Assembly (NCBI GenBank): GCA_045579745.1
Contig: JAZNMQ010000024.1
Span: 14,612-78,611, forward strand
Direction of reading: 5' to 3'
Source: Candidatus Flemingiibacterium sp.
GTDB lineage: Bacteria; Bacillota; Clostridia; Oscillospirales; CAG-272
Length of the DNA stretch: 64,000 nucleotides
Below, piece after piece: positions 36,518 through 46,586 of the stretch (its first letter is position 1; every line of letters begins with the position of its first letter). The notes below the pieces were generated by a model. The model was not told where the DNA came from, did not search any database, and was given only the letters and a program-made list of their open reading frames with translations. The position numbers were made by a program, and so were the translations under genes.

Positions 36518-37014
36518 TATTTTTTAACCTCCTTTATCTCGATGCAATAGCCGCTGCCCGTATAATTCGGAGTACGGACATTTACTGCTGTTCCGACGGA
36601 AATGCGGTACCCGCCGTCGATCATGTACATTCCGTTTTCTCCTATGACCGCATCGGATGCAACGGTCATCTGAACATTAATATGCCCGGGGTATTCGGAA
36701 ACCGTGGCTTCGCCTTTGGTCAGATCATTGCCACTGTAAAGTGCACTCGTTGTGCCGATCGCACGTATCTTTCCAATCTGATACTTTGCAACCGAATCCG
36801 TCACAAGCGTTCCGATATCGAAATTATCCGCAAATTCCTCGCGAATCTGCCTGAACTCCACCACGTATTCGATCGAAACATTCTCAGCATTTTCACCGTT
36901 TATGCCTCGAACAACGACAATTGCCGCCGCAGCGCCTATCACCGCAAGTATTATAATCAGAATCAGCGCGTCAACCGCATTGAACTTTCGTTTCTTAGTT
37001 TTAATATTCGCCAT
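36517..37014 (-). CDS. Single-pass membrane protein, DUF4330-like (paralog 1)
   Basis: 165 aa. KTKKRKFNAVDALILIIILAVIGAAAAIVV followed by a soluble domain. Its stop overlaps the next start by 1 nt. Confidence 0.6.
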   Translation of the reverse strand: MANIKTKKRKFNAVDALILIIILAVIGAAAAIVVVRGINGENAENVSIEYVVEFRQIREEFADNFDIGTLVTDSVAKYQIGKIRAIGTTSALYSGNDLTKGEATVSEYPGHINVQMTVASDAVIGENGMYMIDGGYRISVGTAVNVRTPNYTGSGYCIEIKEVKK

Positions 37015-37063
37015 TTGCTACCTCCACTATTTCTATTGAGCTTTGTGTTACAAGGTTAGTTTA

Positions 37064-38995
37064 TTATAAATACTCTTGTTTGACAGCCGTTGCAAAAAGT
37101 GTTCTCCGTACAGCCGCTCCAAGTCCTATCAGCATCCAGAACATCAAGAACACACGGTAGTTATACCATATATAATCCGTCATTCCCTGCGCAAGCACTG
37201 AGAAGATTCCGCAAAATATCGCCGTAGACAAAAGCTTCTCCACCCTTTTTTCTTTTGCATGAAGCGTAAAGCTGCTTTGAACATAGGTGAACAGCACCGC
37301 AAGAAAGACTATCAAGCCAATAATTCCGAGCTCGACTGTTATCTGCAAATAAAGATTATGCGAATGCGGAGCACTTTCAATCGCCGCAAGCGAATAATAA
37401 GGATACACACACCTGAAGGAATCCGTTCCGATTCCGACACCGCTCTGCCAATAATCCTTTATCATTCTGAAAACGCCGCGCCATATATTTACTCGGTATG
37501 ATGTCGAGCTGTCGCCAAGATTTCCTATACTTAGAAATCTCTGCGTTATGCTCTCGGGAAGCACAAACGGCAAGAACGGTATTGCAAAGCTTCCGAAAAG
37601 TATTGCAGTCAGTGTATGACGGCTGTACATCAGCATGAAAAGAACGATACCTATCATAAAGCCAAGCCATGCGCCGCGCGACCATGTATAGATAAGACAT
37701 CCGCCCACTGCAAGTCCTGCAATCGCAAAGGCAAGCCTTTTACGGGGCGCCGAAGCATTTAAGAATAATGCGAGTATCAGAGGCAAGATCATTATAAGGT
37801 ATTCAGCAAGAACATTCGGATTTTCGAATGTTGAAACAACACGTCCTTCGATTTGACTGAACATATCGGCATCCTGCCACGTCTGGTCAACCGTTCCGAA
37901 GAAATTCTGATACAGACCGTAAAGAGCTACCATGCTTCCCGACGCAACAACGCCTATTACACAGCGCATGATCCATTCCTTTGAGCGAATCAAATTCACG
38001 ACAAGGAAATATGCAAGCATAAACGCTACATAAACAAGCATCGGTTTCATGCTTGCCCTCGAAGCGGCAATAAAGCCGCCGCCGATCATCAGTATCATGA
38101 ACAGCAGAATCGTTCCGTCCAAAAAATCAAGTTTAATTGAGCGCTTTCCGCGAATCACTTTAATGAAGAAGCAAATCGCAGTGTATAGCACTGCCGCAAC
38201 AAGCGACATCGTAGGCGCAAAAGGAAGTGCCGTAATTATTGCCACAACGCCGAATTCGGGTCGGATCAATACGAGAAAAGCTGCAATAAGACCCGCAATA
38301 CCAAGCAGCAAATAGAGCGGCTTTACAAAATACGATACCACTCCGAACATAATTCCGATAACGAATGCAATATGGAATCTGCCCTCTCGCTCTTTATACC
38401 CCTCGAGAGCCTCTCTGCGAATACCGATCACATCGAAAAGTGCAAATCGTGCAATCGGGCTTTTAAGCAAGGCAGATACAAGCGTCATTCGTGAGGCTAT
38501 CATTATAACCGAAGCTATCAGCATAAAGACAAGCGTTATGACAACTCCCGAATCAATCGCCTCAATAGGATTATCCATCTGGGGACGCGTGAAGAAAAAA
38601 GTCTTGAAAACATATACTATCGCGCTGTAAAGAGATGCGGCAAACATAAATATGCCGTATGTCTTCATTGAGCTTGACAGCAGCCTCTCAAGCATAGCCT
38701 TGATATAATCGAGTATCGCACTGTTTTCGATTGTACGAGCGGTTTTCTGCTTGACAGGCTTAAAAATACGCTCGTTTATATTGATGCGCTTTGCATGAGT
38801 AATCAACGCGCTCGATGAGGTGATCCCGTCAAGCGAATCATATGAGGTGAAAATGCCTCCGAAGAATCCGCTTCCAAGCTTTTGATAGATGATTTCCGCT
38901 AATCTGTCAAGCAGGGTTATGATCATTGAGGATGCAAAAAGATTTCCCACAGCACTCAGGCCTTTTGTGCTATTTCGGTTTTTTTTCAAATCCAA
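37064..38995 (-). CDS. O-antigen ligase / Wzy_C-family polytopic membrane protein (643 aa)
   Basis: More than 10 predicted TM segments. WSRGAWLGF and APHSHNLYLQITVELGIIGL match the Wzy_C/WaaL-type signature. Confidence 0.75.
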   Translation of the reverse strand: MDLKKNRNSTKGLSAVGNLFASSMIITLLDRLAEIIYQKLGSGFFGGIFTSYDSLDGITSSSALITHAKRININERIFKPVKQKTARTIENSAILDYIKAMLERLLSSSMKTYGIFMFAASLYSAIVYVFKTFFFTRPQMDNPIEAIDSGVVITLVFMLIASVIMIASRMTLVSALLKSPIARFALFDVIGIRREALEGYKEREGRFHIAFVIGIMFGVVSYFVKPLYLLLGIAGLIAAFLVLIRPEFGVVAIITALPFAPTMSLVAAVLYTAICFFIKVIRGKRSIKLDFLDGTILLFMILMIGGGFIAASRASMKPMLVYVAFMLAYFLVVNLIRSKEWIMRCVIGVVASGSMVALYGLYQNFFGTVDQTWQDADMFSQIEGRVVSTFENPNVLAEYLIMILPLILALFLNASAPRKRLAFAIAGLAVGGCLIYTWSRGAWLGFMIGIVLFMLMYSRHTLTAILFGSFAIPFLPFVLPESITQRFLSIGNLGDSSTSYRVNIWRGVFRMIKDYWQSGVGIGTDSFRCVYPYYSLAAIESAPHSHNLYLQITVELGIIGLIVFLAVLFTYVQSSFTLHAKEKRVEKLLSTAIFCGIFSVLAQGMTDYIWYNYRVFLMFWMLIGLGAAVRRTLFATAVKQEYL

Positions 38996-39009
38996 GCCTC
39001 CTTATTCTG

Positions 39010-40605
39010 TCATTCGCCAAAACGAATGCGTACAAGCTTTGTGTAAACAAGGTACGCAGCCGCGGATGGGATAAATATTATCAATGACTTAATTAAATTA
39101 GTCAAAAATGATGCTTCAAAGGGCGTGCTGCTCACAGCCTTGGAAAGCAGCGAGCAGATCACGAACACTATCGCGCCGCCAACTGCTATCTTGAGAACAT
39201 TTCTGACAAAGCCCCAGGTTAAAAGTCCGCGCGTGCGTTTAAGAGCAAAAACGATCAGCACAATCGCACATACCGCCTGACCTGCCGCGTTTGAAATTCC
39301 GACCGCGCCGATATCGAAAAGCTCTGCCGATGTCAGAGCTGAGCCTACAGCTATGTTCGCAATGATTCCCGCAATCGCCGAGAACATCGGCACACGAGGC
39401 TGACCGAGCGAATAAAACACGCGCGAAAAGAGCTCTATTACGCAGAATGCAGGCATTGCGGCAAGAATAAATCTCAGCGTTCGTGCTGTGTTATAAGCGT
39501 CCTCGGCAGTAAATGCACCGCGCATGTATATTATAGCCGTTCCCTCTCCTGCAAGCACAAGTGCCGCTGACATAAACGGAACGATTATAAGCATAGCCGA
39601 TACAAGTCCTGTCCTGACGGTCGCGGAAAACCTTTCGGTTTCACCCTCGGCTATCATTTTTGATATTTTCGGGAATGTGTAATTGCAAATACTGTAGGTG
39701 AGCGTTCCTGCAATTATTACATAAATGTTGTTTGCATAATCAAAAACGGTTGTTGCACCTGTGATGCCGGAGCTTGAAGCTACATGAGCCGCAAAGAATT
39801 GCCCAAGCAGGATTCCAGCAGGTGCAAGCCATGAGCCGACCATGATAGGCGGTGCCATTTTTATAGCACGGCGCAGGGCTTCATTTTTGAAATTCAGTAT
39901 CAGCTTATACTTAAAGCCTTTTCTCCAAAGAGGAACCACGAGCGTAATAAGCTGTATCAGCCATGATAAAAGATACGCTACCGTCAAGCCGTAAATGCCC
40001 TTGTCGCCGAGCATCCGATTGAATACGGCAAGGTATATAACAACACCGGCATTTGAGGTTGCGCTGATAAGTGCCGGTGCTATAAATGAGCCCTTAGATT
40101 GAAGCACTCCGACGAGCGTATATGCCGCTCCCGTAAAGATTACAAGCGGAAACATTATGCGTGTCAGCGTAACGGCAAGCTCTGTCGTGTACTCGTCAAG
40201 CCCCTGCGTTATCAGCCCTATAAACGGCCTTGCGAATACAATTCCGACAAGCGCAAGAGCTCCGCAAAGAAGCATGATAAAGTTTAAAAAAATGCACGCA
40301 AAATTATCAGCTTCGCTGTCAGCGCTTTTGGAGTCCTTTTCCTTGAAGCTGTTGTATATCGGTATAAAACATCCGAGCACGGCCGCCGCAAGAAACATAT
40401 CGAAGAACGCAAGAGGAAGCTTTGATGCGGCTGTAAAAGCATTCGCCTGCGCAGAAGTGCCGTATGCGTTAGCCTGCAATACGCCTCTAAGCATTCCGAG
40501 AAGCTTCGCAATTACCGTTGCGCCCATCATAATCACTACCGTTTTGACGGCTCTCTTTTCGGTTTTGTTCCCGTTATTTCCCATGTCATGACCACCTTCA
40601 GTCAT
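39010..40605 (-). CDS. murJ: Lipid II flippase MurJ (MviN family)
   Basis: 531 aa polytopic protein. N-terminal ...[37 protein letters not shown]... An alternative start, ATG 40584, lies 7 nt after SD GAAGGTGG. Confidence 0.85.
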   Translation of the reverse strand: MTEGGHDMGNNGNKTEKRAVKTVVIMMGATVIAKLLGMLRGVLQANAYGTSAQANAFTAASKLPLAFFDMFLAAAVLGCFIPIYNSFKEKDSKSADSEADNFACIFLNFIMLLCGALALVGIVFARPFIGLITQGLDEYTTELAVTLTRIMFPLVIFTGAAYTLVGVLQSKGSFIAPALISATSNAGVVIYLAVFNRMLGDKGIYGLTVAYLLSWLIQLITLVVPLWRKGFKYKLILNFKNEALRRAIKMAPPIMVGSWLAPAGILLGQFFAAHVASSSGITGATTVFDYANNIYVIIAGTLTYSICNYTFPKISKMIAEGETERFSATVRTGLVSAMLIIVPFMSAALVLAGEGTAIIYMRGAFTAEDAYNTARTLRFILAAMPAFCVIELFSRVFYSLGQPRVPMFSAIAGIIANIAVGSALTSAELFDIGAVGISNAAGQAVCAIVLIVFALKRTRGLLTWGFVRNVLKIAVGGAIVFVICSLLSKAVSSTPFEASFLTNLIKSLIIFIPSAAAYLVYTKLVRIRFGE

Positions 40606-41347
40606 TTTTGGAGTCCGACGGCAATTTCACGCCGTGATTAGTTTTTTCAAGTAAATCGGGACGGCATTCAAGCGTTTTTTTAAGTGCCTGCTCATGCCGC
40701 CATTTTTCTATATTGGCATGGTGTCCCGAAAGAAGAACCTCAGGAACAAGCCTTCCCATAAAATCGTACGGACGAGTATACTGCGGATATTCAAGCATGC
40801 CCGATGCGATGCTCTCGCCGCGCCAGCAGTCCTCGTTTGAGAGCACTCCGTCAAGCATTCGGGATATGCAGTCAACCAAAATGCAAGCAGGAAGCTCGCC
40901 TCCGGTCAGCACATAATCACCTATTGACAGTTCCTCGTCAACTATTTCCTCGATTATCCGCTCGTCAACGCCCTCATAGTGTCCGCAGAGTATGATTATA
41001 TTATCATACTTTGTCAGCTCATAAGCGTGCTTTTGCGTTAGCACCTTTCCTCGAGGCGACATGTAGATCACGCGTCTGCGAGCAGGATTTTCGCGTTCTT
41101 TATCAGCTTCGAGCTGAGAATCAAGCACTGCGCGGTAGCAACCGTATATCGGCTCCGCACTCATCAGCATTCCCATTCCACCGCCATACGGAGTATCATC
41201 TACCCGACGATGCTTATTTGTCGACCAGTCGCGAATATTGTGTGAATGAATCTCAACAATCCCGTTTTCCTGAGCTCTGCCGATTATGCTCGAGGAAAGC
41301 ACATTATCGACCATATCGGGAAACAGGGTCATAATATCAAATCTCAT
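40598..41347 (-). CDS. trmD: tRNA (guanine37-N1)-methyltransferase
   Basis: [23 protein letters not shown] and [10 protein letters not shown]. Start set at ATG 41347; the ORF track has an upstream extension to 41389. Confidence 0.9.
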   Translation of the reverse strand: MRFDIMTLFPDMVDNVLSSSIIGRAQENGIVEIHSHNIRDWSTNKHRRVDDTPYGGGMGMLMSAEPIYGCYRAVLDSQLEADKERENPARRRVIYMSPRGKVLTQKHAYELTKYDNIIILCGHYEGVDERIIEEIVDEELSIGDYVLTGGELPACILVDCISRMLDGVLSNEDCWRGESIASGMLEYPQYTRPYDFMGRLVPEVLLSGHHANIEKWRHEQALKKTLECRPDLLEKTNHGVKLPSDSKND

Positions 41348-41909
41348 CGCTGTCCTCGGCTTCTTTTGTGATAATTTCTGCATTCCCATCGAACATGCCT
41401 GCTATCGGGCACAGATAGACTCCGTCGTCAGCGTCAATATGGCCGATAAATTCATCTACCGCAGGCACAAGAACCTCCTTGCCGTCCAAGGCTTTAACGC
41501 AGAACAGATCGGATGCCGGACTTTCAATAACATCAACAAGCTCGCCGAGCCTTTGACCCGTTCCCTCATCGAACACGGGAAGTCCGATTATATCAGCGAT
41601 AAAGACTCTGTCATCCTCGAGCTCGATATCATCGCGGTCAGCATATACGACCCTGTTTTTGAGCAGCTGAGCCGCTTCAGGCGAGTCAATTCCATAAAAA
41701 TACGCAAGCACACGACCTTTGTGTATGGAAGCCTTTGTTATTTCAAGCGAGAGAAACTCGTCCTTTTTTTTATAGTATATTTTTTTGAGCGCTAATATTA
41801 CATCGGGAGAATCACACCACGGTTCAATTTTGCACGCACCGCGAACGCCGTGAGTTCCAACGATTTTTCCGCACTCAAGATACTGTTCTTTTTTGGAAAG
41901 CTCTGACAT
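41337..41909 (-). CDS. rimM: 16S rRNA processing protein RimM
   Basis: 190 aa. [15 protein letters not shown] plus a PRC-barrel C-terminal half. Confidence 0.9.
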   Translation of the reverse strand: MSELSKKEQYLECGKIVGTHGVRGACKIEPWCDSPDVILALKKIYYKKKDEFLSLEITKASIHKGRVLAYFYGIDSPEAAQLLKNRVVYADRDDIELEDDRVFIADIIGLPVFDEGTGQRLGELVDVIESPASDLFCVKALDGKEVLVPAVDEFIGHIDADDGVYLCPIAGMFDGNAEIITKEAEDSDEI

Positions 41910-42038
41910 TAAACTGACACCTCATACTTTTAAAGCTGTATATAAAGATATAGTTAATAATATTGTAACACATTTTTGCGCGGTATTCAATGATTATTCG
42001 CAAAATTTATTAAATGTACATATTTATGGCATAACCTC

Positions 42039-42067
42039 TTGCATTTTAAGCCGTTTTTTGATACAAT
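42039..42067 (+). promoter_or_regulatory. Candidate promoter of the glycerate kinase gene
   Basis: TTGCAT (42039-42044), 17-nt spacer, TACAAT (42062-42067). Confidence 0.55.
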
Positions 42068-42099
42068 CGTTTTATACCCAGTATAAAACGGAGGCACAA

Positions 42100-43239
42100 A
42101 TGAAAGCTATAATTGCAATAGATTCATTCAAAGGAAGTCTTTCCTCAATCGACGCAGGAAATGCTGTAGCAAACGGTATTCGCCGCGTTTATCCCGATGC
42201 CGTGGCAACGGTTCTGCCGATTGCAGACGGCGGCGAGGGAACGGTTGAAGCACTTGCCGCAGGTCTTGGCGGCAAACTGCAATCGGTAGAGGTATCCGAT
42301 CCTCTTGGTCGAACGATAAAATGCGAATACTGCATAGCCGACAAGCTTGCAGTTATCGAAATGGCTGCCGCCTCAGGCTTGCCGCTGCTTGCCCCAAACG
42401 AGCGAAATCCGCTTGAAACAACAACGTACGGAGTTGGGCAGATGATAGCCGACGCAATTGCGAACGGCTGCCGTGATTTTGTCATCGGAATTGGAGGAAG
42501 CGCAACCAACGACGGCGGCTGCGGCATGCTCGCGGCTCTCGGATTCGGACTGTATGACGAATCGGGAAATATGATCGAGCTCGGAGCAAAAGGGCTTCAG
42601 AAGCTTGCGAGAATTGATGAAACAACCGCTCTCCCACAGCTTCGCGATTGTCGATTCAGAGTAGCCTGCGACGTAAAAAATCCGCTCTGCGGTGGGAGCG
42701 GATGCAGTGCGGTATTCGGCCCACAAAAGGGTGCAACCCCCAAAATGGTCGAAGATATGGATTTATGGCTCAGCCGATTTGCGGATCTCACAAAGCAAAA
42801 TCATCCCTCGTCTGACGCCTCTTTCCCGGGATGCGGAGCGGCAGGCGGACTTGGCTTCGCGCTTCGTGAATACCTCGGCGGAGAGCTGATCTCGGGAGTC
42901 AGCCTTGTGCTCGATGTTATAGGTCTTGATAAGCTTGCACCCGATGTCGACATATTGATTACCGGCGAGGGGCGCATGGACGCTCAGACAGCTATGGGAA
43001 AAGCTCCATCGGGAGTGGCGGCAATTGCAAAGGCATACGCAAAGCCCTGCATAGCATTTGCAGGAAGCGTCACCGATGACGTGGGAGCTTGCAACAGCGT
43101 CGGAATAGATGCCGTGTTCCCAATCAGGCGCAACATTTGTACGCTTGAGGAGGCAATGGAGCCCGCTCGCGCAAGTCGTGAGCTCTCAGATACTGCAGAG
43201 CAGGTCTTCCGTCTTATCAGGTTCTGCGGTCAAATTTAG
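42100..43239 (+). CDS. glxK: Glycerate kinase
   Basis: 379 aa from ATG 42100 (SD acggagg, 42087-42094). MKAIIAIDSFKGSLS, LPIADGGEGT and GIGGSATNDGG. The upstream part of the tracked ORF (41893-42099) spans the promoter and overlaps the rimM start. Confidence 0.9.
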   Translation: MKAIIAIDSFKGSLSSIDAGNAVANGIRRVYPDAVATVLPIADGGEGTVEALAAGLGGKLQSVEVSDPLGRTIKCEYCIADKLAVIEMAAASGLPLLAPNERNPLETTTYGVGQMIADAIANGCRDFVIGIGGSATNDGGCGMLAALGFGLYDESGNMIELGAKGLQKLARIDETTALPQLRDCRFRVACDVKNPLCGGSGCSAVFGPQKGATPKMVEDMDLWLSRFADLTKQNHPSSDASFPGCGAAGGLGFALREYLGGELISGVSLVLDVIGLDKLAPDVDILITGEGRMDAQTAMGKAPSGVAAIAKAYAKPCIAFAGSVTDDVGACNSVGIDAVFPIRRNICTLEEAMEPARASRELSDTAEQVFRLIRFCGQI

Positions 43240-43612
43240 TTTTGCAAACCGGACAGGTGATGGTTATCTCGCCTCTGCCCTTTGGAACGCGAAGATTGTT
43301 CTTGCACTTCGGGCAGGCAAAATAACGGTGGGTCTTTATATCGCGTAATTTGTTGTACTGAAGCTTGAGCCATTTTTTAGCAGGCTGAATGACGGTCTTG
43401 AACTTCTTGTTCTCCATCGCGCGTGCAGAGATATTTCTTGACATCATGCGATACAACTCAAGAATAATAAGCAGATACGACGGTATCATCAAAAACCAGA
43501 TATCAAAAAGCGACGATGCAAATGACATCACTAAGGATACGACAACAATCGCATATCCGAGCGAATCTATTCCGTACCGTCCCCACATAAATTTCATAAA
43601 TTTTTCTCTCAT
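43217..43612 (-). CDS. Small membrane protein with a C-terminal zinc ribbon
   Basis: Two hydrophobic segments followed by CPKC..(16)..CPVC. ATG 43612 is preferred (SD gagggg, 10 nt upstream). Its 3' end overlaps the glxK 3' end by 23 nt, convergently. Confidence 0.55.
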   Translation of the reverse strand: MREKFMKFMWGRYGIDSLGYAIVVVSLVMSFASSLFDIWFLMIPSYLLIILELYRMMSRNISARAMENKKFKTVIQPAKKWLKLQYNKLRDIKTHRYFACPKCKNNLRVPKGRGEITITCPVCKTKFDRRT

Positions 43613-43731
43613 AAAATTCAATCCCCTCACTTTTTTACAGTGTATTATAATGAATTATAACCCAAAGAATATTACTGTTCAATCATAAAAATTTGCCAAA
43701 CCGTAAATTTTTAATAAAAATGGTAAAACCA

Positions 43732-43760
43732 TTGCAAAATCAATTTGAATGAGCTATAAT
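43732..43760 (+). promoter_or_regulatory. Candidate promoter of mrp
   Basis: TTGCAA (43732-43737), 17-nt spacer, TATAAT (43755-43760). Confidence 0.6.
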
Positions 43761-43797
43761 ATATTAGTATGAATCTTTTTGAAAGGAGTTTTACATT

Positions 43798-44655
43798 ATG
43801 ATTTACGATGATACAAAAGAAAAGCCCGAAGCATCTTGTACTCACGACTGCTCGACTTGTTCGGCAAACTGCGGCTCGCGCGAGAAAAAAAGCCTCTTAG
43901 AAGAACCGCATAAGCTTTCAAAAATCAAGAAAGTGATCGGCATCGTCAGCGGAAAGGGCGGAGTTGGCAAGTCTATTGTAACCTCTATGATGTCGGTTTT
44001 GATGAATCGCCGCGGTTACAATTCGGCTATACTTGACGCAGATATCACCGGTCCATCCATTCCTAAGGCGTTTGGCGTAAAAGGTGAGGTCCTCGGCGAC
44101 GGGGAGGGTGGAATTCTTCCGCTTTCATCCAAAACCGGTATCAAAATGATGAGCGTCAACCTGCTTCTTGAGGATGAAACAACACCTGTTGTCTGGAGAG
44201 GTCCTGTTATTGCAGGAACAGTAAAGCAGTTCTGGACTGATGTAGTCTGGAATGAGGTTGACTTCATGTTTGTCGATATGCCTCCCGGAACGGGCGATGT
44301 TCCGCTTACTGTATTCCAGTCAATTCCGCTTGACGGCATTATTATTGTTACAAGCCCTCAGGAGCTTGTTTCGATGATTGTTTCCAAGGCGGCAAATATG
44401 GCAACGATGATGAATATTCCGGTTCTCGGAATTGTTGAAAACATGTCCTACTTCAAGTGCCCCGATTGCCAAAAGGAGTACAAGATTTATGGAGAGAGCC
44501 ATATTTCCGAGGTTGCAGACAAATTCGGTTACGATGTGCTTGCAAAGATGCCTATCGACCCGAAGCTTGCCGCACTCTGCGACAAGGGTATGCTCGAGCT
44601 GATGGAAAACGATTATCTCGATAAGGTTGCAGACAAGCTCGAAACTCTTCTTTGA
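43798..44655 (+). CDS. Mrp/NBP35/ApbC-family Fe-S cluster carrier ATPase
   Basis: 285 aa. Deviant Walker A GKGGVGKS, a CPDC pair, and an N-terminal Cys-rich CTHDCSTCSANCGS. Confidence 0.85.
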   Translation: MIYDDTKEKPEASCTHDCSTCSANCGSREKKSLLEEPHKLSKIKKVIGIVSGKGGVGKSIVTSMMSVLMNRRGYNSAILDADITGPSIPKAFGVKGEVLGDGEGGILPLSSKTGIKMMSVNLLLEDETTPVVWRGPVIAGTVKQFWTDVVWNEVDFMFVDMPPGTGDVPLTVFQSIPLDGIIIVTSPQELVSMIVSKAANMATMMNIPVLGIVENMSYFKCPDCQKEYKIYGESHISEVADKFGYDVLAKMPIDPKLAALCDKGMLELMENDYLDKVADKLETLL

Positions 44656-44667
44656 TTAAATTTCATA

Positions 44668-44707
44668 AAAATTTCCTCTGTGCTTTATTTGCCACAGAGG
44701 AAATTTT
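44668..44707. terminator. Bidirectional terminator
   Basis: AAAATTTCCTCTGTG ctttatttgc CACAGAGGAAATTTT (15 bp), between convergent genes ending at 44655 and 44746. Confidence 0.75.
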
Positions 44708-44745
44708 AATTTACACCAACCGGCATCCGTTGCCTGACAGCGCTT

Positions 44746-45363
44746 TTATCTTATAAAATTGGTTCTCTGGCGCTTTTCGCGCGTTGGATATTCGACGCCC
44801 GATTTTTCGGCTGCTTTGATAGATTTCAGCATCCAAGCCATGTTATCGGCAAGAACCCGCATCGTTTGAAGCCCTTCCAAATCCATTCTCACCTCATCGG
44901 GAGTATTGCCATGCACGGAATTCCAATACTGAGATGTAACGACCGGCATATTGCTCATTTCAAAGAACTTGCAAAGCGATTCATATGCCGAGGACGCGCC
45001 GCCTCTGCGGCAGCTCACGACCGCCGATGCAGGCTTGCCTTGAAGCAAAGCTGAGCCGCTGTAAAACAGACGCCCAAGGAAGCTTGTTACCTGACCTGAT
45101 GGGCCTGCATAATGAACGGGGCTTCCGACGATTATTCCATCGCAGGCTTCCATTTTTTCCTCTGCTAAGGTAACGATGTCCGAAAAAGCACATCTGTTGT
45201 TTTTGCAGCCGCCACATGCCATGCAGCTTCGTATTGGCTCAGCTCCAAGCCACAATATTTCAGCTTCAACACCGTTTTTCTCAAGCTGTGATGCCACCTC
45301 GGATAGTGCTGTATATGTGCAGCCTTGCTCGTGAGGGCTGCCGTTGATAAGTAATACCTTCAT
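44746..45363 (-). CDS. Flavodoxin-like fold NAD(P)H-dependent FMN reductase family protein
   Basis: MKVLLINGSPHEQGCTY N-terminus and a CMACGGC motif. Start at ATG 45363, 7 nt after GGAGA. Confidence 0.7.
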   Translation of the reverse strand: MKVLLINGSPHEQGCTYTALSEVASQLEKNGVEAEILWLGAEPIRSCMACGGCKNNRCAFSDIVTLAEEKMEACDGIIVGSPVHYAGPSGQVTSFLGRLFYSGSALLQGKPASAVVSCRRGGASSAYESLCKFFEMSNMPVVTSQYWNSVHGNTPDEVRMDLEGLQTMRVLADNMAWMLKSIKAAEKSGVEYPTREKRQRTNFIR

Positions 45364-45479
45364 AACCATTCTCCTTAATATCGCTGCATCATTTGGATGC
45401 TGTTATCAGTTTACTCTAAAGGCATAGCTTTGTCAATATATTTAACGGACAATGAAGTGTAAAACTTTTAGTATATGCC

Positions 45480-45508
45480 TTGACATAAAGAGGAAAATAC
45501 TTTATAAT
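45480..45508 (+). promoter_or_regulatory. Candidate promoter of the ROK kinase gene
   Basis: CTGACA (45480-45485), 17-nt spacer, TATAAT (45503-45508). Confidence 0.55.
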
Positions 45509-45544
45509 AATAATGTAAAAATCTATTTTTTGAGAGGTATTGCC

Positions 45545-46504
45545 ATGTACTATATAGGTGTTGACCTTGGCGGAACCAATATCGCCATCGGAATTGTTGA
45601 TTCAGATTATAAGATTATCGTTAAGGGCAGCGTTCCTACGCTTTCAGAGCGCGATCCCAAGGAAATCGTTAAGGATATGGGCGCACTTTGCGAAAAGTTA
45701 GTTAAGGATGCAGGCCTTACATTTGATGATATCGAGTATGTAGGTATTGCGGCTCCGGGCTCTATCGACCACGAAAACGGCGTTGTTCTCTATTCCAACA
45801 ACATCCGTCTTTCCAATTTCCCGATTGCTGAAATTCTTAAAAGCTACATACCCGTAAAGACTATCTATGTTGAAAACGATGCTAATGCAGCTGCAAAGGG
45901 CGAGGCTGTTGCAGGTGCCGCAAAGGGTGTTGCTGATGCAGTTATGATCACTCTCGGAACAGGTGTCGGCGGCGGAATCATCATTGACCATAAGGTTTAC
46001 TCCGGCTTCAACTTTGCTGGCGGAGAGCTCGGTCATATCGTTATCGAGCATGGCGGACGTCAGTGCACCTGCGGACGCAAGGGATGCTGGGAAGCATACA
46101 GCTCCGCTACAGGTCTTATCAATATGACAAAGGAAAAGCTTGAAGAATGCAAGCTTTCAGGCATTCCCACTATTATGGAGAAGATGGTTGCCGAAGAGGG
46201 CAAGGTCAGCGGCAAGACCGCGTTCGCCGCAATGAAGCAGGGCGACGGTCCCGCAAAGGAAGTAGTTGATATGTACATCTCTTACCTTGGATGCGGACTT
46301 GCAAACATCGTTAACATCTTCCAGCCCGAGATTCTCGTAATCGGCGGCGGCGTTTGCAACGAAAAGAATTACCTCACTGACCCGCTTAAGGTTATTCTCG
46401 AAAGAGATTCCTACGGTAATCAGGCATTCCCTGCAACCACTCTCAAGATAGCTGAGCTCGGCAACGATGCAGGCATCATCGGAGCTGCGGTTCTCGGACT
46501 CTGA
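45545..46504 (+). CDS. glcK: ROK-family glucokinase
   Basis: 319 aa from ATG 45545 (SD gagagg). IGVDLGGTNIA, ENDANAAA.GE, and the ROK zinc motif GHIVIEHGGRQCTCGRKGCWE. The upstream tracked ORF portion covers the promoter. Confidence 0.85.
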   Translation: MYYIGVDLGGTNIAIGIVDSDYKIIVKGSVPTLSERDPKEIVKDMGALCEKLVKDAGLTFDDIEYVGIAAPGSIDHENGVVLYSNNIRLSNFPIAEILKSYIPVKTIYVENDANAAAKGEAVAGAAKGVADAVMITLGTGVGGGIIIDHKVYSGFNFAGGELGHIVIEHGGRQCTCGRKGCWEAYSSATGLINMTKEKLEECKLSGIPTIMEKMVAEEGKVSGKTAFAAMKQGDGPAKEVVDMYISYLGCGLANIVNIFQPEILVIGGGVCNEKNYLTDPLKVILERDSYGNQAFPATTLKIAELGNDAGIIGAAVLGL

Positions 46505-46524
46505 TATAAGGTAGCTTGAATTTG

Positions 46525-46569
46525 TCGGACGGTCGGAGATTGCACCCGATGTTATCTCTGTCCGTCCGA
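46525..46569 (+). terminator. Possible terminator / stem-loop after glcK
   Basis: TCGGACGGTCGGAGAT, a 13-nt loop, ATCTCTGTCCGTCCGA (16 bp, 2 mismatches). The U-tract is weak. Confidence 0.4.
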
Positions 46570-46586
46570 AATGTTGTTTATATAGT

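Noticed and set aside
41893-42099. 69-aa N-terminal extension of the glycerate kinase ORF.
   Set aside because: It runs through an AT-rich promoter region (TTGCAT-17-TACAAT) and overlaps the rimM start. The canonical MKAIIAIDSFKGS start at 42100 has a good SD.
45452-45544. 31-aa N-terminal extension of the ROK kinase ORF.
   Set aside because: It covers the predicted promoter. The ROK family begins at MYYIGVDLGGTN, and ATG 45545 has an SD.
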